From: Ranitomeya imitator
Taxonomy: Eukaryota
Direction of reading: 5' to 3'
Length of the DNA stretch: 64,000 nucleotides
Assembly: GCF_032444005.1 (NCBI RefSeq)
Contig: NC_091285.1
Coordinates: 293,508,001-293,572,000 of the forward strand
Of this stretch, positions 51,734-62,253 are shown piece by piece. The number at the start of each line of letters is the position of its first letter. Positions within the stretch are counted from its first letter, which is position 1. Under the pieces are notes generated by a model. That model saw only the letters and a list, made by a program, of their open reading frames with translations, did no database searches and was not told the DNA's origin. The position numbers and the translations under genes are program-made.

Positions 51734-51736
<3 letters not shown>
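50125..51736 (+). mobile_element. Full-length Tc1-family transposon (1612 bp) with 200-bp TIRs
   Basis: TIRs 50125-50324 and 51537-51736 with no mismatch seen; TA flanks; AATTAGCATAT direct repeat at both ends of each TIR (IR/DR layout). Confidence 0.97.
50454..51458 (+). CDS. Intact Tc1 transposase, DD34E (334 aa)
   Basis: HTH N-terminus, GRKR motif, FSDESKF, QHDLAPAH and WPANSPDLNPIENLW; 34 residues between the second D and the E. Confidence 0.96.
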   Translation: MGKTSDLTDVKKAIIDTLKQEGKTQKEISQQIGCSQSAVSRHLNGKSVGRKQCGRKRCTTRRGDRTLRKIVEKDRFQTLGNLRKQWTESGVETSRATVHRRVQEMGYRCRIPQVKPLLNHKQRQRRLTWATEKQHWTVAKWSQVLFSDESKFCMSFGNQGARVWRKTGEKEMPKCLKSSVKYPQSVMVWGATSAAGVGPLCFIKGRVNAASYQEILEHFMLPSAEMLYGDEDFIFQHDLAPAHSAKTTGKWFTDHGITVLNWPANSPDLNPIENLWDIVKRKLRDARPNTLDELKAAIEASWASITSQQCHRLIASMPRRIEAVISAKGFPTKY

Positions 51737-51778
<42 letters not shown>

Positions 51779-51781
<3 letters not shown>

Positions 51782-52311
51782 CACTGGCAATAATTAAGAG
51801 GCCACCACATCAAAACCCCATCATGGGTAGCCCAATCTCCAGACCTGAACCCCATTTAAAACCTCTGGAATGTAATCAAGATGATGTTGGATAGTCACAA
51901 TCCATCAAACAAAGAACAACTGCTTAAATTTTTGTGCCAGAAGCAGTGTGAAAGACTGATGGAAAGCATGCCAAGACGCATGAAAACTGTGATTAAAAAT
52001 CATTGTTATTCCACAAAATATTGATTGCTGTACTCTCCTTAGTTAAAACATTAGTATTGTTGTTTCTAAATGGTTATGAACTTGTTTTCTTTGCATTATT
52101 TGAGGCCTGAAAGCACTGGGGTTTTTAAATTTTGACCACTTTTCTTTGTTAGAAAAAAAAATACAAAATTTATTGCTTGGACATTTAGAGACATGTTGTC
52201 AGAAGTTTATAGAATAAAAGAACAGTTTAAATTTTACTCAAAAATATACTTATAAAGAGAAAAAACAGAGAAACTGAACATTTTGCAGTGGTCTCTTAAT
52301 TTTTGTCAGAG

Positions 52312-52314
<3 letters not shown>
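51779..52314 (+). mobile_element. Internally deleted Tc1-like MITE (second copy of the 7990-8525 derivative)
   Basis: Same TIRs and same internal deletion junction; flanked by (TA)n. Confidence 0.85.
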
Positions 52315-52349
<35 letters not shown>

Positions 52350-52551
52350 TACAGACCAAAAGTTTGGACACACGATTGGACACACCTTCTCATTTAAAGA
52401 TTTTTCTGTATTTTCATGACTATGAAAATTGTAAATTCACGCTGAAGGCATCAAAAGTATGAATTAACACATGTGGAATAATATACTTAACAAAAAAAGT
52501 GTGAAACAACTGAAAATATGTCTTATATTCTAGGTTCTTCAAAGTAGCCAC

Positions 52552-53526
52552 TAGGGTTGAGCGACTTTTATTTTTATAGGGTCGAGTCGGGTTTCACGAA
52601 ACCCGACTTTCTCAAAAGTCGGGTCGAGTGAAATCGGCCGATCCTATAGAAAAGTCGGGGTTGGGGTCGGCCGAAACACGAAACCCAATGCAGTGCAATG
52701 GGATACTAATGGTTCCCAGGGTCTGAAGGAGAGGAAACTCTCCTTCAGGCCCTGGGATCCATATTAATGTGTAAAATAAAGAATAAAAATAAAAAATAGG
52801 GATATACTCACCCTCGGACGCGCCCTGGTTCTAGCCAGCAGCCTTCCTTCCTAAGAATGAGCAAGTGAAGGACCTTTGATGACGTCGCGGCTTGTGATTG
52901 GTCGTGTGACCGCTCATGTGACAGCTCACGCGACCAATCACAAGCCGCGACGTCACCGCAGGTCCTTCACTCGCTCATTCTTAGGAGGGGAGACTGCCGG
53001 TTAGAACCAGGGCGCGTCCGAGGGTGAGTATATCAATATTTTTTATTTTTATTCTTTAAAATAGGGATATACTCACCCTCGGACGCGCCCTGGTTCTAAC
53101 CAGCAGCCTTCCTTCCTAAGAATTAGCAAGTGAAGGACCTTCGATGACGTCGCGGCTTGTGATTGGTCGCGTGACCGCTCATGTGACCGCTCACGCGACC
53201 AATCACAAGCCGCGACATCACCGCAGGTCCTTCACTCGCTCATTCTTAGGAGGGTAGACTGCCGGTTAGAACCAGGGCGCGTCCGAGGGTGAGTATATCA
53301 ATATTTTTTATTTTTATTCTTTATTTTACACATAAATATGGATCCTGATACTGATTCCCGATATTGCAAAAATATCGGAACTCGGTATCGGAATTCCGAT
53401 ACCCGATAAGAAGATCGCCGACCTCATGGCCAACGCCACACAGGGATCGGGTCGGGTTTCATGAAACTCGACTTTGCCAAAAGTCATCGACTTCTGAAAA
53501 TGACCGATCCGTTTCGCTCAACCCTA
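52552..53526. mobile_element. hAT-type MITE (975 bp) with 8-bp TSD
   Basis: TIR TAGGGTTGAGCGA / TCGCTCAACCCTA; TSD GTAGCCAC at 52544-52551 and 53527-53534. Confidence 0.92.
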
Positions 53527-53756
53527 GTAGCCACCTTTTGCTTTGATGACTGCTTTGCACACTCTTTGCATTCTCTTGATGAGCTTCAAGAGGTAGTCAC
53601 CGGAAATGGTTTTCACTTCACAGGTGTGCCCTGTCAGGTTTAATAAGTGGGATTTCTTGCCTTATAAATGGGGTTGGGACCATCAGTTGTGTTGAGCAGA
53701 AGTCGGGTGGATTCACAGCTGATAGTCCTACTGAATAGACCGCTAGAATTTGTATT

Positions 53757-54809
53757 ATGGCAAGAAAAAGCAGCTAAGTAAAGAAAAACGAGTGGCCATC
53801 ATTACTTTAAGAAATGAAGGTCAGTCAGTCTGAAAAATTTGAAAAACTTTGAAAGTGTCCCCAAGTGCAGTTGCAAAAACCATCAAGCGCTACAAAGAAA
53901 CTGGCTCTCATGAGGACCGCCCCAGGAAAAGAAGACCAAGAGTCACCTCTGCTTCTGTGGATAAGTTTATCCGAGTCAGCAGCCTCAGAAATCGCAGGTT
54001 AACAGCAGATCAGATTAGAGACCAGGTCAATGCCACGCAGAGTTCTAGCAGCAGACACATCTCTACAACAACTGTTAAGAGGAGACTTTGTGCAGCAGGC
54101 CTTCATGGTAAAATATCTGCTAGGAAACCACTGCTAAGGACAGGCAACAAGCAGAAGAGACTTGTTTGGGCTAAAGAACACAAGGAATGGACATTAGACC
54201 AGTTGAAATCTGTGCTTTGGTCTGATGAGTCCAAATTTGAGATCATTGGTTCCAACCACCGTGTCTTTGTGCGATGCAGAAAAGATGAACGGATGGACTC
54301 TACGTGCCTGGTTCCCACCGTGAAGCATGGATGAGGAGGTGTGATGGTGTGGGGGTGCTTTGTTGGTGACACTGTTGGGGATTTATTCAAAATTGAAGGC
54401 ATACTGAACCAGCATGGCTACCACAGCATCTTGCAGCGGCATGCTATTCCATCCGGTTTGCGTTTAGTTGTACCATCATTTTTTTTTTCAACAGGACAAT
54501 GACCCCAAACACACCTCCAGGCTGTATAATGGCTATTTGACCAAGAAGGAGAGTGATGGGGTGCTACGCCAGATGACCTGACCTCCACAGTCACCAGACC
54601 TGAACCCAATCAAGATGGTTTGGGGTGAGCTGGACCGCAGAGTGAGGGCAAAAGGGCCAACAAGTGCTAAGCATCTCTGGGAACTCCTTCTAGATTGTTG
54701 GAATACCATTTACGGTGACTAACTCTTGAAGCTCATCAAGAGAATGCCAAGAGTATGCAAAGCAGTCATCGAAGCAAAAGGTGGCTACTTTGAAGAACCT
54801 AGAATATAA
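53757..54809 (+). pseudogene. Tc1 transposase pseudogene
   Basis: WSDESKF, QDND and SPDLNPI motifs; frameshift just after the ATG and several stops. Confidence 0.9.
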
Positions 54810-55343
54810 GACGTATTTTCAGTTGTTTCCCACTTTTTTGTTAAGTATATAATTCCACACGTGTTAATTCATAGTTTTGATGCCTTTAGTGTGAATTTAC
54901 AATTTTCATAGTCATGAAAATACAGAAAAATCTTTAAATGAGAAGGTGTGTCCAAACGTTTGGTCTGTACTGTGTATATATCTATGTATATGTATATATA
55001 TATATACTGTATATATATATACATATATATATATATGTGTGTGTGTTTTGACGAATATTTCCTTTGAACTTTCAAAACGATGTGTAAATGACAGAGAGCT
55101 GCTGTATGTAAAAGCCCATGTTAAAATCACATTGCAATTGGATAGCAATCGCAATGCACTTGGATGTAAATTAGATGCTAGGTGTGAAAATCACATTGTA
55201 CTCGCATGACACTGGTCTGACACTCGCATTGTACTCATCCATTTTTTCGGTACGGAAATCGGACCTTTTTTTCTTGCATATGGGTGTAAGCACTTAGTGG
55301 AAGGATACCCTTGTGGAATCCAAGAAAACAAGGGAAGAACTTA

Positions 55344-57325
55344 CAGTGCCTTCCAAAAGTAATCGTAGCACCGTGAACTCTTCTATAGTTTTTCATATTA
55401 GACCTACAAACCTAAATTTTTTTTATTGGGATTTTATGTGATATACCAACACAAGCAAGAAAATATTTGTAAAGAAAATAATTCATGGCTTTCTAACCAT
55501 TTTAGAGATATAAATCTGAAAATTGTGATGTGCATTTGTATTCAGCCCTCTGTAGTCTGATACACTAAAGTAAAATCCTGAGTGACAAATTGCCTCCAGA
55601 ATACACATAATAATGAAATTTAATACACTTGTGTGCAATTTATCCTCAGTATAACTGCAGCAGTTATGTGAAGTGTCAGAGGTTTGTTTGAGAACATTAG
55701 ACATCAAACAGCATCATGAAAACCAAGGAACACACAAGACAGGTCAGATATAAAGTTGATGAGAGGAGTAAAGCTAGTTTAACCCCTTACATTTACAACA
55801 ATGTTGGCCTCCCTCCCTTTGATGTGGGCTCCGGCAGTGAGCCCACATCTTTCCAGGGACATGTCAGCTGTTTTGAACAGCTGACATGTGCCCGCAATAG
55901 CCGTGGGTCTAATCGCGATCCACCCGTGGCTATTAACCAGTTAAATGCCGCTGTCAAACTCTGACAGTGACATTTATATTGTGCTTCTGGCAATCTGGGC
56001 CGGAAATGCGCACACCGGTAACCCCCGTCATGTGATCACGGGTCACTGGTGTGTTGGAATGACAACTGGAGATCTCCTGGGGACCTCTATGGTTGTCAGT
56101 GCCTGCTTGCTGTGGGCGCCACCCAGTAGTCAGCGCTCATAGCAAGTCAGTAAGGCTTCCGTCACACTAGCAGTATTTGTTCAGTATTTTACATCAGTAT
56201 TTGTAAGTCAAAACCAGGAGTGGGTGATAAATACAAAAGTTGTTCATATGTTTCTATTATACTTTTCCTCTAATAGTTCCAATCCTGGTTTTGGCTTACA
56301 AATACTGATGTAAAATACTGGCCAAATACTGCTAGTGTGACGGCAGCCTAAATCTGCTATATAGAGACGATCTGAACATTGCCTTTATACAGCTATAGCT
56401 ATAGCAGTTTCTAGTCTCCTATGGAGACTATTGAAGCATGCCAAAAGCAAAAAAGAAAAATGTTTTAAAAAAAATAAAAAAAATAAAAAATATAAAAGTT
56501 CAAATTACCCACCTTTCGCCCCATTCAAAATAAAACATTAGAAATAAAATCAAGCATGCACATATTTGGTATCAACACATTCTGAATTGCCCAATCAATC
56601 AATAAAAAAATTAACAAGGATTAACCTGATAGCTAAAAGGCAAAACAAGAAAAAAAGAAAAGCGCTAAAATTACATTTTTTTGGTTGCCGTGACGTTGCA
56701 TTAAAATGCAATACCGGCAATCACAAGATCATATCTGCACTGAAATGGTATTAAAAACATCAGCTTGGGAAACAAAAATAAGCCCTCACTCAACCCGAGA
56801 TCACCAAAAATGGAGACGCTACAGGCATCAGAAAATGATACAATTTTATTTTAACAAAGTTTGGAAATTTTTATTCACCACTTAGATAAAAAGAACCTAC
56901 ACATGTTTGGTGTCTATGAACTTGTAATGGCCTGGAGAATCATAATGGCAGGTCAGTTTTAGAATTTAGTGAACCTAATAAAAAAGCCAAACAGAAAACA
57001 TGTGTGGGATTGCACTGTTTTGCAATTTCACTGCACTTTGAATTTTTTTCCCATTTTCTAGTACACAATATCATGAAACCAATCTCTCACATGGCCATAT
57101 TGACAGAAAAATAAAAGAGTTATGGCTCTGGGAAGAAGGGGAGCGAAAAATGAAAATGCAAAACCGAAAAAGCTCTCGGGTTAAGACGTTAAATTATAAA
57201 CAAATTGTCCAAACTTTGAAAATCTAATGAAGCACTGCTTAAGCCATCATCCAAAAATGGAAGGAATATGGTACAACTGTAAATTTATTAAGACGTGACC
57301 ATCCATCTAAACTGACATCCCAGAC
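55344..57325 (+). mobile_element. Tc1 5' fragment interrupted by a TTAA MITE (55783-57188), which itself contains a Harbinger-like MITE (56154-56348)
   Basis: CAGTGCCTTCCAAAAGT start; MKTKEHTRQVR coding resumes after 57192; TTAA and TAA TSDs. Confidence 0.75.
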
Positions 57326-58144
57326 CTGGACTTTGCACAATTCAAAGATAGGGCCATTCAGGTGCTTCATGAACCAAATTCCAGCCACACAGTGCCCCCT
57401 AGGCACCCAGTAATCAACTATCATAAAGAAGCAGCATCCTTCCATCAGGTCCCTGTTGAGGCTGACACACAGACTTTAGATGATGACCCCTCCGCAGGAC
57501 TGCACCTCCAGGTTAAGGAACTGACCAAAAGTGTGGCTACACTAACCAAAATTGTGCAGTCCATGCAAGTGCCCCCAAAGGAGAAGATCCAGTTGTCCTA
57601 CAGTCCAGGAGGATGCAGGCCTGAGGACCCGCCCTAGAACAAGAAGTAAAATTGTTATTAATGTAATGTTGTGCACCTGAAAAAAGTTTGCACTTGTTTT
57701 ATATAATGTTCAAGAAAGAAACCTCCCTGCCATATGTTCCTGCAACGATTAAGAAATTACCTCCCATAAAGGGAAGCTCAAGTTTACATATGTTTAACCT
57801 TTATATCAACAATTGCAAAAAATGTTTGCATGTCTTTTAATAACTTGTAACTGTTGTGTTCTTTTCCCAGTAGGTAATTAGAACATACAATACCATTTTG
57901 ACTCCAGGCCAGAAGGGGGAGCTCTACATCTGACTTCATGGGAGCTGCTCTCTGGTCAGGAGGAGGAGTTAGTTACTAGGCAGTTGCTAGGCAGTTGGGA
58001 AGAATTAGTCAGTTGGTGCTGGACAGCAGACTGGAGCAGTCTGAGGCAGAAGGAAGGGTGAGAGGCCGTACAGCGGGTGAGAAGACCGAAGTTGTGTCAT
58101 ACTCTAGGAGGCACAGCAGAAACCGGTAGGACAGCTTGACTACA
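57326..58144 (+). mobile_element. Internally deleted Gypsy-like fragment (gag piece fused to 3' UTR/LTR-like sequence)
   Basis: Gag-like LDFAQFKDRAIQVL..QVKELTKSVATL, followed by LTR-like sequence cut by the next element. Confidence 0.5.
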
Positions 58145-59033
58145 TGTGACGCCCAGGAGACCGGGGTACCCAGCACCGGACCAATGGGGTCTGTCTCTTG
58201 AGGGAGATGTCACGGGTGGCTTGACCCGGTGCTGTGGCCTCAGGCAATGCACAGTGTAAGGGGTATCATGAGGGAACAGGCACTTACTTGATCAGCAGCA
58301 GGTTCTCTCAGCGGTGACGATCCCGATCCTGGATAGATGGCTATTGTCCAAATGAAAGTCTGAGGCACTGAAACGTTTAACCAGTTTACTTCAACATAAA
58401 GGGATTTACAACCAGTCCTGTCACCGGAGTCTGTATGGGAACTCTGAGTTACTTTGACCCTGCCGGGGTCTTCGCCTCTTATTGTACGCAGTTTCTGTGT
58501 GGCCCTGCTGCTGTATGTGAACTGGCTGCCGGCCCAATCTGTCCCCTCTGGGCCCTGGTTCGATGGGCAACCCGAGTCCTTTTATCGGCTTACCCCCTCC
58601 AGGAGTACCGCTGAACTCTGTGTCTGTTGCTGCTTCCGGCCCTAGTGAAGCTGATATCACCTCACGTTTTTCCGGTTGCTGTATTATATATAATGAATAC
58701 AGCCACGGATCCGGTATCCGTCTTTGCGCCTGTTCTGGGTAGGGATTAATGCTACCCGGTTCTCACAATGTCGTTTTTCTCTGTCCCTTTTCTCCTCAGG
58801 CCGGTGATTTAGGCCTGGAAACCGTCATAGGGCTGTTAGAAATTCAGCTGTATGACCTCTCACTTTCAGCTCCTTAGCCCAACTGCCAGTTCTTCTCTCA
58901 GACCAGAATGGATCAAGGGGAGTCTGTGGAGCTCCCCTTTCTGGCCGGAGGTGGTAGTGCAGTCTTGCTATTTTAGTATTTGTATTTAGTGTCAGTAACT
59001 GTTTTTGTGGCAAATACCCCTAGGGGTGCCACA
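58145..59033 (-). repeat. 3' LTR (889 bp)
   Basis: Minus strand TGTGGCACCC...GGGCGTCACA termini adjacent to the PPT at 59034-59041. Confidence 0.85.
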
Positions 59034-60388
59034 TTCCCCCTTAGTTAAGAACAGTACTCCGGGACTGTGGGACGATAACATTTTGAAATAACAATTAATA
59101 TGTACAGAGTCTTAAAAATGAAAAGTTACAAAAACCACTCAAGGAAACAAAAATAGAGTTCTGTAAAAAGTCACTTCAAATAGCGTCCATTAATACAGTT
59201 CTATCCTTGAAGGTACTAGGAAAGGCACTGCACTTTGTGTCCAAGAATTTAGCTCCATTTTTCCAACGGAGTTACCAATATAAAGTCTAAAGAAAGTTCA
59301 AAAAGCAGTCTTTCCGGAGCTTTGATTTAGTGTCTCCGGGCTGATAAAACGTTCAAGAATATGCAATAAGTTCATGCAGACAAGTCTCTGTAGGTACTGG
59401 GCTTAAACGTTGCAGAATGATAACAATGACTACAGTTTTATAGTTGGTAATCCGCATACCTGGCCGGTAATTGACCCTGGGTACTACGCTGTGATCTACG
59501 TAATAGCGGTGTCTCTTCATGTGGTGTACTACTGTCTACTGCGGATGTAGTATCTGCCCGCTCTGCTAAAGATAATTCCATGACTATGGAGTTGGCAAGT
59601 CCACAGTGAATGGGATTACTCTGATCAGGAATCTGTTCTTCCTGGCCTGGAACCTCCCGTAGTACGGGGTCAGCCTCTTCCTGTCTTGGGACTTCTGGTA
59701 TTGGGTTCGGTGTTGGGTAAAAGGCCACCATGGGAACCACTACTGCACCATGGTATGTTAGTAGGGTTTTGGGAAAGTCTCCTATACAGGTGTGATACAT
59801 TTCCTCTTCTTTTTCCTTTACTGGTTGGACCTGCAAGGGTTGAATAACTTCTGGTTCTGGCTGGACAACTTCTGGCTCTTTCAATGCTTCCGGACATAAT
59901 TTAAGATTGTCTCTTGACACTAGTACAGATGTTAAGCCTCCGTTTTTGCTAATGAGACACATTTTAGGATTATCCATTCTTGTTGGTAAAACTGTGTAGG
60001 GTACGGCTTCCCACTGATTGTCTAGTTTATTGGTTCGACGATTTCTCTTGAGCACTTGGTCACCCGGTCTTAATGGGGTCGCTAGAGCATTCTGGTTGAA
60101 AGTTCGCTCTTGTCTTTCTCTAGTTTGCTGAAGGCTTCTTTCCACACTCTCTTGCACTTGGCGATACTGCTTTTGCCGTATGATATCCCAATTGGAGTCT
60201 TGAACTTCTGCGTCTGGTTTCAGAATTCCCATTTCTAGATCGATTGGTAATTGGCCGGGTCTTGCACGCATAAGGTAAGCTGGGGTGCAGTTGGTGGAGC
60301 TCACCGGGACATGATTATACAGATCCACCAAGTCAGGCAATTTCTCTGGCCATTGATTCCTTTCTGTCTCAGGTAAAGTCTTTAGTAG

Positions 60389-62253
60389 TATCTCTAAACA
60401 GCAAAAGCACAAAAAGAGGATTCAGAGATCCTCCAAAAATTAGAAAAAACAGCAGCAAAACACGGCAGAGGTTCTTACCTGCCTAGGCCTCCAAACAAAT
60501 GCACTAACAGGATGCAGTGGACCCATGTGGTAAAATAGAAACACAGGTGCAGCATAACCGATGACACAGCCACTTACCAGCTACCAAACTAATGGAGGGG
60601 GTGGCTGCTTGGCACAAGCTGCACATAAAAACTTGCATGTGGCGCTGTTCACACAATGGAGATGCACAGCATCCAGGCAGGACTAGTAGTGACACCCTTC
60701 TATTAGATCAGGCGGGCCTGCCCAGCGCTATCCAAATGCACCCCATGTGCACAGACACCACAGTTTACAAGCAGAAAATGGGCCCAACTGCACCCCGAAA
60801 AAAAGTGCAAAAAACACATAAAAAAAAAATATTATGTGAGGTATTGGTTTATATTCTGGCCAAAATACGCAAGCTCATAACCCACATCAAGGGTCCTCCC
60901 GCTTATGAGTCCTATCTCTAAACAGCAAAAGCACAAAAAGAGGATTCAGAGATCCTCCAAAAATTAGAAAAAACAGCAGCAAAACACGGCAGAGGTTCTT
61001 ACCTGCCTAGGCCTCCAAACAAATGCACTAACAGGATGCAGTGGACCCATGTGGTAAAATAGAAACACAGGTGCAGCATAACCGATGACGCAGCCACTCA
61101 CCAGCTACCAAACTAATGGAGGGGGTGGCTGCTTGGCACATAGCTGCACATAAAAACTTGCATGTGGCGCTGTTCATACAATGGAGATGCACAGCATCCA
61201 GGCAGGCCTAGTAGTGACACCCTTCTATTAGATCAGGCGGGCCTGCCCAGCGCTATCCAAATGCACCCCATGTGCACAGACACCACAGTTTACAAGCAGA
61301 AAATGGGCCCAACTGCACCCCGAAAAAAAGTGCAAAAAACACATAAAAAAAAATATTATGTGAGGTATTGGTTTATATTCTGGCCAAAATACGCAAGCTC
61401 ATAACCCACGTCAAGGGTCCTCCCGCTTATGAGTCCTATCTCTAAACAGCAAAAGCACAAAAAGAGGATTCAGAGATCCTCCAAAAATTAGAAAAAACAG
61501 CAGCAAAACACGGCAGAGGTTCTTACCTGCCTAGGCCTCCAAACAAATGCACTAACAGGATGCAGTGGACCCATGTGGTAAAATAGAAACACAGGTGCAG
61601 CATAACCGATGACGCAGCCACTCACCAGCTACCAAACTAATGGAGGGGGTGGCTGCTTGGCACATAGCTGCACATAAAAACTTGCATATGGCGCTGTTCA
61701 CACAATGGAGATGCACAGCATCCAGGCAGGCCTAGTAGTGACACCCTTCTATTAGATCAGGCGGGCCTGCCCAGCGCTATCCAAATGCACCCCATGTGCA
61801 CAGACACCACAGTTTACAAGCAGAAAATGGGCCCAACTGCACCCCGAAAAAAAGTGCAAAAAACACATAAAAAAAAAAATATTATGTGAGGTATTGGTTT
61901 ATATTCTGGCCAAAATACGCAAGCTCATAACCCACGTCAAGGGTCCTCCCGCTTATGAGTCCTATCTCTAAACAGCAAAAGCACAAAAAGAGGATTCAGA
62001 GATCCTCCAAAAATTAGAAAAAACAGCAGCAAAACACGGCAGAGGTTCTTACCTGCCTAGGCCTCCAAACAAATGCACTAACAGGATGCAGTGGACCCAT
62101 GTGGTAAAATAGAAACACAGGTGCAGCATAACCGATGACGCAGCCACTCACCAGCTACCAAACTAATGGAGGGGGTGGCTGCTTGGCACATAGCTGCACA
62201 TAAAAACTTGCATGTGGCGCTGTTCACACAATGGAGATGCACAGCATCCAGGC
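60389..62253 (-). mobile_element. Non-coding tandem-repeat insertion: 3.55 copies of a 524-526-bp unit with a 13-bp TSD
   Basis: Unit starts at 60389, 60913, 61437 and 61963; AAGTCTTTAGTAG at 60376-60388 and 62254-62266. Confidence 0.95.
61360..61434 (-). ncRNA. Candidate atypical HDV-like self-cleaving ribozyme (also at ~60836-60910 and ~61886-61960)
   Basis: Manual fold: P1 CTCATAA/TTATGAG, P3 CCC/GGG, L3 TTGACGT, P4 GTATTTT/AGAATAT, J4/2 CCAA; P2 imperfect. Confidence 0.4.

Larger units (their letters stand above)
52347..54972 (+). mobile_element. Full-length but decayed Tc1 transposon with long TIRs, carrying a nested hAT MITE
   Basis: CAGTACAGACCAAAAGTTTGGACAC / GTGTCCAAACGTTTGGTCTGTACTG termini. 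Confidence 0.92.

Noticed and set aside
60389-62253. Hammerhead, hairpin or twister ribozyme, or 5S-derived segment, in the 525-bp unit
   Set aside because: No CUGANGA plus GAAA pair on either strand; AGAAACAC lacks the rest of the hairpin ribozyme; GGTCCT lacks the twister GAGGG partner; the 5S similarity is only a few scattered bases.
62078-62253. Cys-rich C-terminal extension of the integrase ORF
   Set aside because: Read-through into the inserted repeat; the true integrase continues at 60375.
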